A DNA stretch of 64,000 nt, taken from positions 77,856 through 141,855 of IMG/VR virus record IMGVR_UViG_3300032285_001029. The stretch is one strand, 5' to 3'. Made by a program: the position numbers and the translations under genes. Each line of letters starts with the position of its first letter. Position 1 is the stretch's first letter. The stretch is from a virus. Of this stretch, positions 41,101 through 48,202 are shown piece by piece. Below the pieces are notes generated by a model that was not told where the DNA came from, did no database searches, and saw only the letters and a program-made list of their open reading frames with translations.

Positions 41101-41640
41101 AATGACATAGAAGTATTTGTTGGGGGATATGATATATCGATATGGAGCGAAACAACTAGTTACGTTATAAATGATATTGTATCTTATAACGGATATGATT
41201 ATAAATGTACAACAGATCATATCAGCTCTTCGTCATTTGCAAAAGATAAAACAAATTGGAAGTTCTTTATTTCAAATATTAGACTACAAAAACAACCGTA
41301 TGAAGTATACAATGTCAATCAAGCTCCAAATAGTCCAGCCGGCGATGTACAGTTTGATGCAGATTTTTCTGTAGACGGAGTTAATAATTCTATCAGATTA
41401 ACAACTGCTCTAAAAGAAAATGTCGTTGTAACAGTTGTACAACGAAAAGGCAAAGATTGGGATTCTACTGTAAATATAATAGATGATACTGGTCAGATAG
41501 CAGAATTCTTAAAAGCAACTCCTGGGGCGTGGTATACCGGCATTGAAAATTACTCATTATCTGTGAATACTAATGCTACTTTTGATAACAGTGACATAAC
41601 ATTTGATAATTCACATAACACATTCGATCAAGGATCATAA
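26194..41640 (+). CDS. Giant 5148-aa baseplate/virion protein (gp7-like position)
   Basis: Follows gp6; VKPYRTKIR motif; cupredoxin-like module, FG-GAP-like repeats, four CBM5/12-like modules, GSGY repeats. Confidence 0.8.
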   Translation: MASQKNNNGLTSKLIPNIYQSDANKKFLQATLDQLVQPGTIKKVNGYAGRKNAKASVGDDIYINAAGTTRQNYQLEPGFTVQDELGNYTFFKDYQDYINDLYVLGSNTKNHSRLNKQEFYSWNPHIDWDKFSNFQQYYWLPYGPDTITVFGQQSAIQSTIKVSIENEGTNFQWMFSSDALVPNPTIKLYRGQTYVFEIDSIGNPFTIATVRSNDVEYLYQTPGLDGNKVFQGTITFTVPADAPSLLYYFSDTDLDASGVFEILSIEENTYLDVEKDLLGKTSYTLPNGVTLSNGMKIKFIGNITPETYSKGQYYVEGVGTGIVLTEESSLEIIAPYTTDTTILFDSDLFDSLPFSSASSYAGTLDYITINRSSQDKNPWSRYNRWFHKDVIEVSAALNGNVPSLDQTARAVRPIIEFESNLQLYNFGNKSVVDVDVIDNFTTDAFSIIEGSLGYNIDGVDLVQGYLVIFTADPDPFVKDNVYEVQFVSVNGVQQIHLALHSTPSENDSVIVKSGIKNQSITYWYNGTDWIYAQQKTKANQQPLFDIFNSDGISFSDTTIYTGSTFKGSAVFSYAVGSSSNDPSLGFPLLYKNINNIGDIVFNFNLVSDTFVYKLSGDIVTVDISIGYLKQIQTTASVFVNGWITNSVTMTQGAVRIYKNSEITNNFDIDIFDNINDLDDLVVKVYVNGIRLESTEWSISDGVIYKYVELLTDVTTADVLTIKAYAAQPINKNGFYEIPLNLQNNPLNNEITTFTLGEVLDHVESIVENVPNFSGSYPGFGNLRDLGQISKYGTKFVQHSGPASLSLYHITNKTNNVIRAIEKSRNDYVAFKRAFINAATGLSEDLSVVESVDYILRKINENKPKTGPYYFSDMVPYGAAIVSDIPVLDYRIKTYPLTDPFSLDVLSYKSVLIYRNGTQLLYNTDYIFDSDNSNFIMLDTSPLANGDVLTTYEYDSTNGSFVPETPTKLGFWPAYEPKILLDNTLLTPRELIQGHDGSLTLTYGDYRDDLLLELEKRIFNNIKISYNTEIFDVYDFIPGYNRTTDYSLSEFNSTLSPYFYEWIGLTNSDFTTPFSFDTSNSFTYNYAGHYAPNGEATPGFWRGIYRWMFDTDHPNETPWEMLGFTSEPTWWTSVYGPAPYTSNNLILWNDLSEGIVRAPGSTTSVRTKFIRPILKTNIPVDENGELLSPYSAGLALGTITDATSGSYVFGDISPVETAWRRSSYYPYTVLLASTLLQPSKTIGIFLDRSRVTRNPAGQLVYADTMLRIQPSTLALSSVYSSSVNVQTAGLINFIVNYVLDDTLESYAAYKTDLTNINCQLSYRLGAFTSKEKFDIILDSRTPLSASNSVFVPKENYNLHLNKSSPINRIIYSGVIITRLADGFVINGYSKVQPYFNYYSYYDTGIVVNIGGISESYVNWTAGESYYPGQVVQYNRQFYRTISSQILVTSFDPTGYVLLKSLPINGGVNSNFRSKWNRKESLVLPYGTKLEKIQDVVDFLLGHGEYLKDQGFIFEDFNPNLPDICNWETSAKEFLFWTTQNWSSVQDKWTEWTPNIDIEYNEIVRYNGEYYQALQKIPATSSVPVNNLSVSGEEGDYRLYADDVLGVYIGMLVTGPGVEAGALVQSVTGHGPYVINLTENNIGTVTQASFVGFFNTNLYENLPGLDTVGSAVISLSPAAGQITFLADLAVVESVTDPFNSYSIFKVDGTPISPQFIDSYRNGNVVSYRANNNDGIYAATFYLIQQEQILLLDNVTMFNDTIYNPETGYRQERIKISGYVSSEWYGGFDVPGFIVDQAIVKNWEAWQDYALGDTVLYQQYYYSANRFVPGVDVFKIAEPDGVINWIKLSSAPASKLIPNWSYKATQFTDFYSLDSDNFDADQQSLAQHLIGYQKRQYLENLIQDSVGEFKFYQGMIYDKGTQNAFNKLFGVLNSENADSLQFYEEWAIRVGQYGSAEGFEEIEFVLDEEEFNKRNPQGFELVSRLDEEHSDFVNRLSPNEIYLKPLNYSSNPWPTISNYRPYLRSAGYVRPGEVSASIASIDNIIDIDIATLVDGDYIWCGFEGPSWNVYRFTNTKNKVTELTYSSNKLNITFSHNHELRAGDYVGIRESGGFDGFYKITDMNPVTIIISTTLTTAPLVPYEGLNDIVIFRFNSQRASSIDTANSSIPQEIKSGELLWTDDNGSGIWSTWQNDTVYADSEIKFSLPKAGLGFGREIAITSDGSLAAISTKTGQTFIYHKSSPSSSWIQRDTIDAPEISKSDVFGNNSNEFVQLAEVLAMSPDGAWLAIGSPTASNAATIQKTYYKAVDILAGTNSGLAGQGAVSLYKKDANNIFTLVDTILSPSPTAGELFGSSLVFKQTTQSNNFVSYNLLVGAKGFNSGIGRVYEIKYQQLVQATASYNPNGSSNNGIVGINVDSPGSGFLTNPIVIIAAPTDSGGVQATATCTIGVASARLIQAGSGYLVGDLLTVTGGSSTQPAILRVTAINTNIQKGNIGAVLGVSIVNAGKYTVAPTLTNIVTGGTGTNVRFAIEVGISSFTVTNPGGGYIEKPFVSFSGTGSGAVATTVLGSVVTLSSTSGIAPGMSITGTGFTNNQTVTSVVNSTAIVISSAASSIPSGNLNFSIVQWNYNTSSYISAPNGQKAFGSSLSSAVLGNVLAVGAIGVPFDGTYNSEVVGRVNLYQNNGTAWTLIQSPIVGGEYGFSKGLSVSEDGIWVAIGSPYKLKKYSNQGQVDLYYNDTGTFNFYQEVENINPQVNGLFGAGVAWMNGSNTMVVYSQNSDIETLEIFDSGNTIFDGNSTKFKSIVRNNGRIDVYDRYNLNFIYGETLRDLAELNSEYGDGFAVGSNNILIGAPSATVNNLIAGRVFGYGKKSNAYSWTILHHEIPKVNLTKFKRALIYDKTNSSLVSYIDIIDPMQGKIPGPAEQEIRYKSFYDPAIYSIGNATVNVSEGQAWTDAQVGQLWWDLRTAKFIDAHDNDVVYRNNSWALLFPGASIDIYEWVSSSYTPSQWNKLADTVSGLSQNISGQSLYDDTVYSSTQSYNNVSKTYKTTYYFWVKNKTIVPNLKNRSLSASDAANLIGNPRGAGYKFLALTGSNSFSLANVKPLLNDKNMVLSVEYWTIDNPEHALVHRQYAIINNDKNTVLPELIEQKWFDSLCGKDQNGRVVPDVKLPPKLKYGIEFRPRQGMFVNRSEALKQFIEEVNRTLISYQITTNKNISALDLYELPPSDLTGLYDIVKDTDYDLRFVNVGNFSLPSLVAVITEGRITGVTIVSAGSGYINAPYITVSGDGEGAILKAQINAFGQLIGVTIVDPGQGYNEENTMLGIRSYSVLVHSDSGSQGYWSIYTFDLTTRVWSRIQTQSYDVRPYWSYADWYDTNYNQYTVVDYSVNTFTGLYGINSKIGELVKVKTTNNGTWMILEKYAESESIDWTQRYKPIAVEKGTIQFNSILYNLTDTVYGYDGALYDDLNFDNSANQELRIILDAIKNDILIDDLRQAYLNLFFSSVRYAISEQTSVDWIFKTSFIKADHLVGPLKQPVNYQPDNLSDFESYISEVKPYRTKIREYVDNYSNLDLGSTAVTDFDLPPQYQSGAIVPILTGYSNDNVTVDNAIIDSVYPWAFWNDNHSYKVIELRIVDAGSGYITAPEVIIESGSGAGATAKTFITNGSIRTVVLLTSGSGYLSAPTVVLNGGVTDGGRKARIIAVIGDGVVRKTTVGVKFDRLSKTYSLIELEKIETITASASKLQYTLPWAPDIRLGTHSVTVNGIPVISDDYALSVKTSNSLGYTSYSGLITFDNSFTAGSVIKVSYLINWSLLHASDRVQYYYTPETGQPGKELAQLMSGVDYGGVIVNSFGFETNYGWDSSSLFSDVWDGTDSSFTDYITVVDADTHTFNLPYLPATGTNLNIYYSEYFSETYAGDGVQTQFTFDIRQQTPVASVSCSSNILLPYSATFQGLGIAITNVIGSGSSIVVSFATRSEIPFSLNQIISISNIATTVNSLQSYSHYNGIYTVTFATNHSITLIGTDTAQYASGGTISLVNETLVALDSTMDLDAGMKLIRTNAGYNTVIGEIKTVINSTLVTLVQSLESKSVAVLTTSSVSAGATVLSFRSTSSLISGSTVVGGPIGILDNVTMTILSGTQITLSSSLTSAVDAGTSFTFTYTPIPDTGETVLITYNAKGSNKLQLDSIDNIQLKDKVSLVGTDLTLFAYSTTVSTILNNNILELDHVLYDTVVSAETVLFERTLTINPKTSVAGVGVVTLLDPINTGETLTISSNLAPVRIDDENYGTLNQTNADAVMLTVVADGESRQVDIPGTFVVNDFDKFIIRQSTSDGSIEPLTSSFDTKIDGGNMAYTSASGLLADDITIDGDGFVTPMTSYFPEEVVPGQVVDALAIKVFDKPSGGSAEILVQKYLADGETFEFNIGQIPNSSSAVIVKTTVADVTTILTETTDYIVDYKNQTIVFVNLPDIDTLVSIYSIGFSGTDILVFDYFVGDGHTKEFVTQAKWISSFTSGTYVDGNSVDNLTFETDDTYDSAHRIGFRLVDAPAVGSIIAYIFVAGATQTFAITSKQIIPTDGTLTYALDNIVGDALPNETTMIVRVDQTILPRPKNSYFTIANNQLVYTVDPGLFTPYKVRSEDVAVIVGGVILKNSVDYLLDVAGIQITLYETTYLKYVDQAMIISIKTQAGYFYIPPANRFTPPYIQFSHPYDNTSTVEIISSYRNNVLGMATKDLNVNPKLALVPDTQEYFEYQNIFGGIIKLDDAVRNENYVWVTKNGKLLTPSLDYILNSDFRTLKLAVSPNTADNITILTFSSNIITSGISYMQFKDMLNRTSYTRLSLNKRTQLASDLRATDKIITVVDASNFDIPNPAANKPGIVEIRGERIEYFTLDGNVLGQLRRGVLGTGVSKIHKSGSYVQDIGTAETIPYTDTTNTQQIVSTGSNTITTNVKPIKSSSIWSYQTGFTSVIPTGFGQSNDIEVFVGGYDISIWSETTSYVINDIVSYNGYDYKCTTDHISSSSFAKDKTNWKFFISNIRLQKQPYEVYNVNQAPNSPAGDVQFDADFSVDGVNNSIRLTTALKENVVVTVVQRKGKDWDSTVNIIDDTGQIAEFLKATPGAWYTGIENYSLSVNTNATFDNSDITFDNSHNTFDQGS

Positions 41641-41642
41641 AA

Positions 41643-42548
41643 ATGACTCAAAAAATAATTAATGTCGGACTAACACAAGACGACGGCTCAGGTGATAATT
41701 TAAGATCAGCTGGTTTAAAAATTAACGATAACTTTACAGAACTGTATACTGTTATTAACAATTCTCAAAATTATATTACAGAAATTGTAGGAGGACAAAA
41801 TATTTCTGTTACTAGTGCTAATGGAATTATCACAATTGATAATACTTTTGTACAGTCGCCCGCAGTAGCTAGTGCATTAACTGGTAACACATTAGCTCCG
41901 AATGTTGTTAGATCAAGTTTAACTTCTACAGGAATATTAACTAGTTTGCAAGTGTCAGGTACAGCATCATTGTCAAATATTAGCTTTGCTAATAATGGAC
42001 AGATTATAGATTTCTCTGGCCAAACAATAATGGTTAATACTTCCGGAACCATTATAGGTAGTGGTGAATATAAAGCAACTATTGCTGCACGATCGAGCGG
42101 TGCAGTGGAACTCGTAGCAAATGACGGTTCCGATGGCGATAGCTCGGGGAATACATGGACTTTTAGTACAGATGGTAGATTAACAACACCAGGACAAGTT
42201 AATATTATCAGTACCGATACTGCAGATAGCGGTCCTGGGTATGCTGGTATATTCAAACTAACAAATAATAATGTCGGTGCCACACTTATTAACAAATCAA
42301 TTCGTATAAGTGATACAGGTCATTTGCAGATTGTTAACAGCACATATCAAAATACAATATTTGATCTAAGCGATTCAGGCAATTTAACAATAGCAGGCAT
42401 CTTAAAGCTTCCAGTATTAACTGCAGAACCAACTTCGCCAGTTACTGGAATGATGGCAATTGCAGATGGAAATGTATGGGATCCTAGTTTAGATGGAATT
42501 GAATGCTTAGTTGTATACTTAAATGGTGCATGGGTCACAATAACCTAA
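41643..42548 (+). CDS. Fibre/connector with gp9/gp10-like N-terminus
   Basis: INVG...DDGSGDNLRSAGLKINDNFTELY. Confidence 0.8.
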   Translation: MTQKIINVGLTQDDGSGDNLRSAGLKINDNFTELYTVINNSQNYITEIVGGQNISVTSANGIITIDNTFVQSPAVASALTGNTLAPNVVRSSLTSTGILTSLQVSGTASLSNISFANNGQIIDFSGQTIMVNTSGTIIGSGEYKATIAARSSGAVELVANDGSDGDSSGNTWTFSTDGRLTTPGQVNIISTDTADSGPGYAGIFKLTNNNVGATLINKSIRISDTGHLQIVNSTYQNTIFDLSDSGNLTIAGILKLPVLTAEPTSPVTGMMAIADGNVWDPSLDGIECLVVYLNGAWVTIT

Positions 42549-42578
42549 ATCATTAAATTACCATATTATGAAACTTGA

Positions 42579-42584
42579 TAAATA
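42579..42584 (+). promoter_or_regulatory. Late promoter TAAATA
   Basis: 20 nt upstream of ATG 42605. Confidence 0.65.
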
Positions 42585-42604
42585 CAGAATAAAGAGAGAT
42601 CGCT

Positions 42605-43219
42605 ATGCAGAGTAAAGACGTCACAGGAATCCATATAGAAGGGCATATCAAAATTTTTGATCCCGTGTCCAAGGAAGTTTTTATTAACAAACGTAATGCT
42701 ATTCATTATGAAAACTTCAGTTTGGCCTTAGCTGAAAGTATCAGCAATAGTGGACAGGGCATTATCAATCAAATGGTATTCGGAAACGGTGGAACTTATG
42801 TTGATCCTACAGGGATTATCACTTATTTGACCCCAAATACTACTGGATCAAATGCTAGCCTATATAATCAAACATACTCAAAGGTTGTTGATGGTAACAG
42901 CAGTTTAAATGTCGATCCAACACGAAATTTTATGGAAAGTAGGCATGTTACTGGAACAAATTATACAGATATTTTGGTAACATGTTTGTTAGATTATGGT
43001 GAAAATATTGCAGGGCAATCTGCTTTCGATGTTACTAACAATAATAACAGTCCAGCAGTATTCGACGAGTTAGGTTTAGTTTCTTACAACTATACAACAA
43101 ACAGTCCTACATTGTTAACACATGTTATTTTTCATCCAGTACAAAAAAGTTTAAATCGATTAATTCAGATTGATTATACAGTAAGAATTCAAACTCTTAC
43201 TGGTTTAGCAGGAGTATAA
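42605..43219 (+). CDS. Baseplate/fibre-attachment structural protein
   Basis: FGNGG, FDELGL, HVIFHPVQKS, IDYTVRI; resembles baseplate-proximal fibre-anchoring domains. Confidence 0.6.
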   Translation: MQSKDVTGIHIEGHIKIFDPVSKEVFINKRNAIHYENFSLALAESISNSGQGIINQMVFGNGGTYVDPTGIITYLTPNTTGSNASLYNQTYSKVVDGNSSLNVDPTRNFMESRHVTGTNYTDILVTCLLDYGENIAGQSAFDVTNNNNSPAVFDELGLVSYNYTTNSPTLLTHVIFHPVQKSLNRLIQIDYTVRIQTLTGLAGV

Positions 43220-43222
43220 TAC

Positions 43223-45403
43223 ATGAGCTATCAGATTACTTTTACTGAAGCAAATAATCCTGCAAAGCTACCCATTACGGTACAAGATCAAACATTAAAC
43301 ACACAAACAAGTATAACTTTTGTAGGAAAAAATTATTCAGGATTTAGTCCTATAATTGCAGAAAATTTTTTACATTTATTAGAAAATTTTGCATCGGTTC
43401 TTCCGCCTGATAATCCTGTACAAGGTCAACTATGGTATGATAGTTCTACAGGAATAAATTTATTAAAAGTGTTTGATGGCACAAATTGGTCAGAAGCAGG
43501 TGCAGTTAAGAAAGCCACTAGTGCACCAGCTGTTGCTAATAGCCAAGCAGGCGATTTATGGATTGATACTATAAATCAACAGCTTTATTTGTTTTCAGGT
43601 TCTGCTTGGTTACTAGTAGGTCCACAATTTAGTGCAGGTACAAAAACAGGAACAGCAGTTGAAACGCTATTAGATACTAGTAATGTATCTCATCCTGTAT
43701 TAAGCTTTTATTCAAATAATACTCGTATTGGTATAGTGAGTAACGAATCGTTTACTCCTAAATCCACATTAGCTGGATTTACAAACGGTATTACACAGGG
43801 TTTAAATTTAACGCTCGGAGATAACACAGGCGCCAATGCCTTGGCAAATACATCTTATAAACTGTATGGTGCTGCTAGTTCTGCAGATGCATTGAACATA
43901 AGTGGTAAAGTTATATCTTCTAGTAATTTTTTACGCAGTGATCAAGTCAGCACAACAAATTTTCCTTTGAAAGTTCAAAACGATGGCGGTATAAGTTTAG
44001 GAAGTGATCTAAGTTTTAGTATCTTCACAACTCCGACATCAGTTAGTTTATATTCTCAGTCTTCGGCTAGGGGAATAGATTTAAAAGTTAAAAATGCAAC
44101 AGATGGCCCAGTTACTCTTATACACTTAGATGCAACAAGTGAATATGTCGGTATCGGCACGAATAATACTAGCCCAACAGAAACATTAGATGTGTCGGGC
44201 AATATTGTAGCATCTGGAGAAATTTATAATCTTTCACAAATAGATTCGACTATAATTGGACAAGGTGCATTGGTTACCGATGGTGGTTTATCTGTAGCAT
44301 TAAACAGTACATTTGGTGGAAATGTTACTACGTATGGAAAAATTGTTGTTAATAATTTAACAGACATGGATGTGCCTTTAGCAGGATCGGTAATAGTTCC
44401 AGGACCATTAACTGCATCAGATTCTGCTGTTGCAAATTTATATGATATCGGATCTGTTACAAGACCTTTTAGAAATGTATTTGCACAATCATTTGTTGGA
44501 GCGTTTAGTGGTCAGTTTGCCGGAACTCTAACAGGAAATGCTAGCGGATCTGCAGCATATCTAGCAAGTTCTACTAATTTTTTATTAACAGGTGATGTGG
44601 GAAGTACTAATGGAGTAGGAACACCATTTAATGGTCAGACACAAACAGGAACCCTATCGTTAGATGTTAAAATACAACCAACATTTGTAACAGGACAGTC
44701 GACTACATTAGTAGATTCTAAAACTACAGATGCACTCGTGATTCATAGACAAGGAGTAGGACTTGCAAAAACAACTCAAGCTACGTTTTTAAGCAATGTT
44801 TCTCAAGTACCGACAGGTGCAATTGTTCCTTATGCAGGAGCGGCTGCACCTACTGGTTACTTACTGTGTGACGGAAGCGAAATAAGCAGAACTACCTATG
44901 CAACACTATTTCAAATTATAGGATATACTTATAGATCACAGTCTCAACTACAGGGTTTAGGAACATTTGCATTGCCAGATCTTAGAGGAAGATTCCCGTT
45001 AGGTGCAGACAACATGAATAACGGGCTTCCACAAATACCATCCGTAAGTAATCCTGCCGTATCAGTAAATGCTAGTCCAACTGCTCCTGCCGGCAGAGTT
45101 ACAGATTCTTCAGCTTCAACAGTTGGTGCAGGAAGTGGAGCAAGTCAACAAACACTAGCACTTGCTAATATTCCTCAGCATACGCATACACTAAACAGTG
45201 GAAACTCGCAGTATTATGCACCTGGATCACCGGGGCAATTACCAGATACTGCAACAGGTGTTACAGCTGGCAAAGGTACTTCATCGTTGAACACAGGTTA
45301 TGGTTTATCGAACAGTGGTAAGATATCAGGTGGTAGTGATACTACAACTCCTATTACTACAATGAATCCATATTTAACGATCAATTACATTATTAAGACT
45401 TAA
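43223..45403 (+). CDS. Tail fibre with collar domain (paralog 1)
   Basis: Shared N-terminus GKNY..ENF.HLLENFA..GQLWYD; collar PTGAIVPYAG..GYLLCDG..LPDLRGRF; HTH; NPYLTINYIIK. Confidence 0.85.
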   Translation: MSYQITFTEANNPAKLPITVQDQTLNTQTSITFVGKNYSGFSPIIAENFLHLLENFASVLPPDNPVQGQLWYDSSTGINLLKVFDGTNWSEAGAVKKATSAPAVANSQAGDLWIDTINQQLYLFSGSAWLLVGPQFSAGTKTGTAVETLLDTSNVSHPVLSFYSNNTRIGIVSNESFTPKSTLAGFTNGITQGLNLTLGDNTGANALANTSYKLYGAASSADALNISGKVISSSNFLRSDQVSTTNFPLKVQNDGGISLGSDLSFSIFTTPTSVSLYSQSSARGIDLKVKNATDGPVTLIHLDATSEYVGIGTNNTSPTETLDVSGNIVASGEIYNLSQIDSTIIGQGALVTDGGLSVALNSTFGGNVTTYGKIVVNNLTDMDVPLAGSVIVPGPLTASDSAVANLYDIGSVTRPFRNVFAQSFVGAFSGQFAGTLTGNASGSAAYLASSTNFLLTGDVGSTNGVGTPFNGQTQTGTLSLDVKIQPTFVTGQSTTLVDSKTTDALVIHRQGVGLAKTTQATFLSNVSQVPTGAIVPYAGAAAPTGYLLCDGSEISRTTYATLFQIIGYTYRSQSQLQGLGTFALPDLRGRFPLGADNMNNGLPQIPSVSNPAVSVNASPTAPAGRVTDSSASTVGAGSGASQQTLALANIPQHTHTLNSGNSQYYAPGSPGQLPDTATGVTAGKGTSSLNTGYGLSNSGKISGGSDTTTPITTMNPYLTINYIIKT

Positions 45404-45407
45404 AATT

Positions 45408-46607
45408 ATGCCATATACAATAACTAAAACAGACGGTTCGGAACTTACAAAAATAGTAGATGGGACTATAGATCAAACATCTACTGATATAACCTTAATC
45501 GGAAAAAATGCATCAGCTTACGGAAAGTTTATTGATCAAAACTTTGTAAGTATATTAGAAAATTTTGCTAATTCGACACCGCCTTCCTACCCAATAACAG
45601 GTCAACTTTGGTATGACACTAGTGAAGGACGTTTAAAAGTCTATGATCCAGTTGGTGGCGGATTTAAAGTATCGGGAGGCACAATAGTTGCTGCTTCTGC
45701 TCCAAGCTCACTGACTACTGGCGATATATGGATTAATAGTTATAGTAAACAATTATATTTTAATGACGGGTCTGCTACTTTTTTAGCAGGACCTTTATAT
45801 ACGGCGCAACAGGGAATAAGCGGATTTAATGTTGTAACAATTTTAGATACAAGTAGTGTTGCACACACTATTATATATTTGTATGTAGCACAGGTATTAT
45901 TAGGAATTTGGAGTTCAACAGCGTTTACCCCGTTAGAGATAATTCCAGGATATGGATCTTATGTAGTTCCAGAAGGACAACCAAATGCAGGTGCAACTGT
46001 ATCTAATCCTATAATTATAGGCTTTAATGCATCAGCGATCTCAGGCGAAGAATTTAATGTAACCGCAACTAGAGCACTAGGAATTTTATCAACAGACGGC
46101 CAATCAGTGCTAACTGCAGGAAACTTTCTTTCATCGACTGAAAATACAACCACAGCATACGGCAGTTTACAAATACAAGGCGGCCCAACTAATGTACCTT
46201 TAGTATTAGGCCCTAGTTTAAACAATAAAATTTCAGTAAATAGCCAATTATTTTCAATAGCGCCAAATGGAAATCAGGCTGTTAATCAAAATTTTGAAAT
46301 TGCTACACAACCTACATCTGCAGTTACATCAACAAATTTCTTTATTGATGCTTCTAATCAGCGAGTAGGAATTAATACAAATTCACCGCAAATTGATTTT
46401 GATGTGGCTGGGGATGCACAGGTTCGCGGTAGTCTAACTGTATCTGAAGATACACATCTTACTGGAAAAGTTATTTTTGCTTCGACTAGTGTTCCGTCGA
46501 CAGTTATCTCGGCAGGTGTTGCTGGACAAGTTGCATGGGACTCTAGTCACTTTTACGTATGCATTGCAGCTAATAGTTGGAAAAGATGTAATTTGTCTAC
46601 ATGGTAA
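45408..46607 (+). CDS. Tail fibre-like protein (paralog 2)
   Basis: Same N-terminal module; C-terminal GVAGQVAWDSSHFYVCIAANSWKR. Confidence 0.75.
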   Translation: MPYTITKTDGSELTKIVDGTIDQTSTDITLIGKNASAYGKFIDQNFVSILENFANSTPPSYPITGQLWYDTSEGRLKVYDPVGGGFKVSGGTIVAASAPSSLTTGDIWINSYSKQLYFNDGSATFLAGPLYTAQQGISGFNVVTILDTSSVAHTIIYLYVAQVLLGIWSSTAFTPLEIIPGYGSYVVPEGQPNAGATVSNPIIIGFNASAISGEEFNVTATRALGILSTDGQSVLTAGNFLSSTENTTTAYGSLQIQGGPTNVPLVLGPSLNNKISVNSQLFSIAPNGNQAVNQNFEIATQPTSAVTSTNFFIDASNQRVGINTNSPQIDFDVAGDAQVRGSLTVSEDTHLTGKVIFASTSVPSTVISAGVAGQVAWDSSHFYVCIAANSWKRCNLSTW

Positions 46608-46640
46608 TTTGCAGACAAATTACATAATAAAGGAAATAAC

Positions 46641-48167
46641 ATGTCATATATAATTAATCATTTTTCTGGAAGCCAACTAGCTGTTGTTCCTGACGGTACA
46701 GTCGATCAATCGACATCTTTAAAGTTAATTGGTAAAAACTATGTCGGTTACGGGGAAGCTCAAAATGAAAATTTTGCATATCTCTTAGAAAATTTTGCTA
46801 GTCCGACTGCTCCATCGCGTCCAGTGCCTGGACAACTTTGGTTTAACAGCAATCTTAAAATCATTAGTGTTTACAACGGAACAGCGTGGAAACAAATTGG
46901 CCTTGCTGATATTGCAAGTGAACCGCCTGTTGGCGCTGCAAATGGACAATTTTGGTTTAACACATCTACTCAACAAACTTTTATTAAAGCCGGAGATTCG
47001 TATAATTTAATTGGTCCGGAAGTAGCTCCAGGATTTGGAATTACTAGAGCAGTATCGACAACTATTCGAGATACAGACAGTAATGTTAAGCCAATTATAA
47101 AGCTTCTTATTGATAATACAGTTATAGCCATCGTTTCTAAAACATCATTTACCATATTAAATGATGATTATATTTCTGGATTTAACTTATTAACTGCTGG
47201 TATAACATTATGCAATCAGTTTAACATTAAAGGAAATATAGAAGGTAATGCAGATTCGGCAACTAAATTAGCAACTGCACGTAACATTAACGGTGTTGCA
47301 TTTGACGGAACAGCAAATATTGATATTACAGTATCAGGAAATTTACTGACTGGAAATACATTAGCATCGACAATTGTTAATTCAAATTTAACTAGTGTAG
47401 GTACACTCGCTAATCTAACAGTTACAAATACTATCGTTGGCAGTGTGAACGGTAATGCAGCAACAGCAACTAAGTTGGCTGCAACTAAAAATATTAACGG
47501 TGTAGCATTTGACGGCAGCGCCAATATCACAATTTTTGATTCAACCAAATTACCATTAACCGGCGGAGTACTGACGGGGGATCTTACATTGCGTGGTGAT
47601 CCTATTGATAATAGTCATGCAGCAACTAAAAAATATGTAGATGACAGAGTTGGCTCAATAACTCTCGTCCCGCAAGGTCTAATAACTCTATGGCATGGAA
47701 TATTAGGTAACATTCCAGCTGGTTGGGCAATATGTGATGGTACCCGTGGAACACCAGATTTACGCGATAGATTTATTATTGGAGCCGGCAATTTATATCC
47801 AGTTGGAAATACTGGCGGAACTAAAGATGCAGTTGTAGTAGATCATACACATACTGCAAGCTTTACTGGAACTCCACTACCAAATCATACACACGGTATT
47901 ACCGATGCTGGACATGCCCATGCACAAGCTGGATATAATTTAAATAATGATCCTGCAGGCGCTCTTCCTTTTTATAATTGGGCGAATACTCATAAAGCAA
48001 CCAATGTCACACAAACCGGTTCTGCTACAACCGGAATTACCGTAAATCCAATTACAGCAGGAACTCCGTCTGGATCAGTTACAGTTAACAATCCAGTTGG
48101 CGGAGTATCCGGAACCGATAAAAATTTACCTCCATATTATGCGCTTGCGTACATTATGAAGCTTTAA
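46641..48167 (+). CDS. Tail fibre with collar-like domain (paralog 3)
   Basis: Same N-terminus; two ATKLA..NINGVAFDG.ANI repeats; IPAGWAICDG..GTPDLRDRF; HxH motifs; PPYYALAYIMK. Confidence 0.85.
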   Translation: MSYIINHFSGSQLAVVPDGTVDQSTSLKLIGKNYVGYGEAQNENFAYLLENFASPTAPSRPVPGQLWFNSNLKIISVYNGTAWKQIGLADIASEPPVGAANGQFWFNTSTQQTFIKAGDSYNLIGPEVAPGFGITRAVSTTIRDTDSNVKPIIKLLIDNTVIAIVSKTSFTILNDDYISGFNLLTAGITLCNQFNIKGNIEGNADSATKLATARNINGVAFDGTANIDITVSGNLLTGNTLASTIVNSNLTSVGTLANLTVTNTIVGSVNGNAATATKLAATKNINGVAFDGSANITIFDSTKLPLTGGVLTGDLTLRGDPIDNSHAATKKYVDDRVGSITLVPQGLITLWHGILGNIPAGWAICDGTRGTPDLRDRFIIGAGNLYPVGNTGGTKDAVVVDHTHTASFTGTPLPNHTHGITDAGHAHAQAGYNLNNDPAGALPFYNWANTHKATNVTQTGSATTGITVNPITAGTPSGSVTVNNPVGGVSGTDKNLPPYYALAYIMKL

Positions 48168-48171
48168 ATCT

Positions 48172-48179
48172 TATAAATA
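48172..48179 (+). promoter_or_regulatory. Late promoter TATAAATA
   Basis: Exact T4 consensus in the intergenic gap. Confidence 0.75.
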
Positions 48180-48202
48180 TAGAAGAACAAGGAACGAGCA
48201 AG

